From Xylographa opegraphella (lineage: Eukaryota): a stretch of 23,704 nucleotides of DNA. Positions 21,434-23,704 of this stretch are shown piece after piece. The stretch lies in NCBI GenBank assembly GCA_022813865.1, contig JALDZX010000073.1:62001-85704 (forward strand), written 5' to 3'. Positions within the stretch are counted from its first letter, which is position 1. Each line of letters begins with the position of its first letter. A model generated the notes under the pieces. That model worked only from the letters and a program-made list of their open reading frames with translations, was not told the origin of the DNA and did not search any database. The position numbers and the translations under genes are program-made.

Positions 21434-22037
21434 TATTACGATTTTGAATATCACTGGTACAGCTTGATCAAGAATCTGGGATGAATTCGTCAATGAATGA
21501 ATAAGAAAACACAGTAACAGATTTATCGTTTTTACAGAAATAATAATTTTCGTACAAAATTGTATTGAACGTTTTTATTTTATAAAACAGATTATAACAT
21601 AAATTGAACACGTTTTTATAACAAAAAAGATTCTTCGCTTTATATAAAAGTTTTGTTTCGAGATGCCTTCCATGCCTCCTCAGGGAGGTAATTGAAGTAA
21701 AGGGGCATGCCTCCCATGCCTTCTCAGGGAGGCAGAGGAGGCACCCGAACTAAAATTCTTTCGACCCCTGTTTTACACAGTGTAACGGCGTGTTACATGG
21801 CACTTTAACAAGTGATAGACGGAACGGGACTAAAGCGCGTCCGGGACTCAGGCTAGTTCGAAAGCGGTTANNNNNNNNNNNNNNNNNNNNNNNNNNNNNN
21901 NNNNNNNNNNNNNNNNNNTAAACTTGCTTCCTTGTATTATTCTAGGTTGAAATCGCTCACCTATAGCTGTGGTTCTAGGCCTGCTTTTCTGGTGAGATAG
22001 CGAGCCGTAACACACAGTATTGATCAGAATCTTATCA
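21434..22037 (-). mobile_element. Solo LTR of the same family as 5207-5544, interrupted by a nested LTR element
   Basis: Shared blocks ATTCGTCAATGAATGAATA, CACAGTAACAG, TTGAACACG, TATATAAAAG, CGACCCCTGTT. Ends T[A]TTACG...CTTATCA; TSD CCAAT/CCAGT (21429-21433 and 22038-22042). Confidence 0.85.
21781..22012. mobile_element. Younger LTR element (solo LTR or collapsed full element) nested in the solo LTR
   Basis: TGTAACGGC...GCCGTAACA ends, perfect TSD CACAG (21776-21780 and 22013-22017), internal N gap and normal GC content. Confidence 0.85.
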
Positions 22038-22042
22038 CCAGT

Positions 22043-23237
22043 ATTAAATAAATAACCTTTAAGTAAAAATTAACGATAATGAAAAAACGATTTAAACGTT
22101 AATAATTTGTAAATTAAAAAAATATTAAAGATTAAAACATTAAATTAAATAATTTTCAAAATTAAATTTATAAAAAAACTAACGAGTCAACAATATCGAT
22201 AAAAATAAAAAAATTAATATATAAAATTATTAAATAAACTTAAACATTTATATTATAGAACAATATATAATAATGTTTGTATGAATGCTTACAGTAAAAT
22301 TTATTAAAAAAAACTATAAGTACAATAATTATGTAGAAAAATTTATTATAATATTTAAATTTAAAATAAATACTTTAAAAATAAATGCCCTTCATATTTG
22401 AAAAAACGAAAATATTTACAATTTTTAAAATACGTACAAAAGTTTGACTACGAATTTATTATATATAAAACCCGTTTAAAAAGAAAACTGCGAAAATTGG
22501 TTATAACAATAATATTTCTATAAAGAAATATATAATATATATAGAAATCAAAGAAATCAACGGCTATTTTAAATAGAAAAGAATAATTTTATTTATTATA
22601 AAAAGAAGGAGAGGCGATGCCGAGGGTTTTGCAGGAGTCGAAAAACGTTTGAAACCCTCACAAAATCAAGGACTACGCAATATCACTGGAAGCTTTAAGA
22701 AAATTGGTACAGAGGAATTACAGGCAGAGGCTTATATACCTTCGATCAGCTTACATTTTAATAAAACCCAGGATATCGCAAAGCAACGCATGCGAGACAT
22801 TGATAAAACGCGAGAAATAATCACGGCATGCAATAAAATTAAAGCGAAAATAGGACCTCGATCTAAATATATTACCCTGAGCGACACAAAACAATAGGTA
22901 ATAAAAAAATTAAAAAAACATTATATTATTAAAGAACAATAAAACGCGAATTTAGCAACGTCAAAAAAAATTATAATAATTTATTATAAAAATAAATAAA
23001 ATAAAAAATAACTAAAGTATCAAAAGTAAACGGGCAAAATATCTGCCCAGCGCAGCTCTTTCGATAAAAAAACGATCAAGCTGCGACAAGAATTTCACAA
23101 GGTTAAAAATTCGCTAACGATGTAAATTAAAATCGAAGGCATAAATTTTAAAGTTTTTTTAACAATAAAAAAAGTGCCGAATATCAGGCCGTAGTGCGAA
23201 AACGGAGGATACGGTCAATTATAAATAACTCGATATA
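22043..23237 (+). mobile_element. Heavily RIP-degraded non-LTR (Tad1-like LINE) ORF2 fragment
   Basis: LKPSQNQGLRNITGSFKKIGTEELQAEAYIPSISLH resembles the post-RT 'QN..LR.I.GAF...L.AE...PP' block of fungal LINEs. A downstream 'S LTM*IKIEGINFKVFL..KKVP' resembles their C-terminal block. Boundaries approximate. Confidence 0.65.
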
Positions 23238-23434
23238 TGTTGAAAGGTACGATGGGTACTGAAGCGCAGTGGTCATTCTAGCAGAATATATGGGTAAACA
23301 AGTGTGTTGTATTAGCTATGAACAGCTACGAGACTATATGCTCGCGCACTAGCGTCACCGGGCCTACGGCGGCCCGAGCCCTCGCTTAGCAGCTCTCGCT
23401 ATCCTGCAGGCAGGCCGGGACTCTATTTCTAACA
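23238..23434. mobile_element. LTR-like GC-rich insert (197 bp)
   Basis: TGTTGAAA...TTTCTAACA ends and a sharp GC contrast with the flanks; no TSD found. Confidence 0.5.
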
Positions 23435-23642
23435 AAAATCATTATATCGTTTGAAAAAAATTAAAAAAAATTAAACAAAAAACATTTTAAATTTTTTTCA
23501 AGCAAATTTTTCTTTGCATTTATATAAATAGTATAACTACGTAATTAATTAAATTTTACGTAAAAAGATTAAATTCGTAAAAATTATTAAAATTACGTTA
23601 AAACTTTGAAAAATTACAACGTTAAAAAATATTTACGAATAT

Positions 23643-23704
23643 TGTGACGGCTATAACATCAGTCACAGGTAATAGGGGTCGGGCTGGATCAGGACTAGCA
23701 CCTT
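23643..23704. mobile_element. Terminus of the gap-flanking high-copy LTR (inverted copy)
   Basis: Reverse complement of 3339-3400 with one mismatch. Confidence 0.75.

Noticed and set aside
21293..23704. Inverted 62-bp copies as TIRs of a 2.4-kb DNA transposon
   Set aside because: The TG/CA termini face inward, a third copy lies at 3339, and no transposase is present; these are independent LTR insertions.

Overview
Intron-rich filamentous ascomycete (Pezizomycotina) genomic DNA with nine conserved housekeeping genes: ERV14, a class I/II PLP aminotransferase, MSW1, RSM10, PNP1, FCF2, hapE/HAP5, SEC15 and a mei2-like RRM gene. An intronic box C/D snoRNA (snR63/SNORD46-type guide) lies in FCF2. 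Two AT-rich, RIP-mutated nests of transposons occupy about 3.0-5.83 kb and 21.18-23.70 kb, with three assembly gaps. The top finding is in the first nest. The 3' end of a chromodomain-bearing Ty3/gypsy retrotransposon carries a RIP-inactivated antisense gene (5150->4587) between pol and the polypurine tract. Reverting four RIP-type transitions restores a 187-aa protein with exact Zn(II)2Cys6 cysteine spacing followed by a predicted coiled coil. The adjacent 3' LTR has an antisense-oriented TATA box and a GGAGGCA repeat array, both conserved in a second solo LTR of the same family. Together these suggest an HBZ-like, element-encoded antisense regulator. All calls were made by eye; no searches were run.
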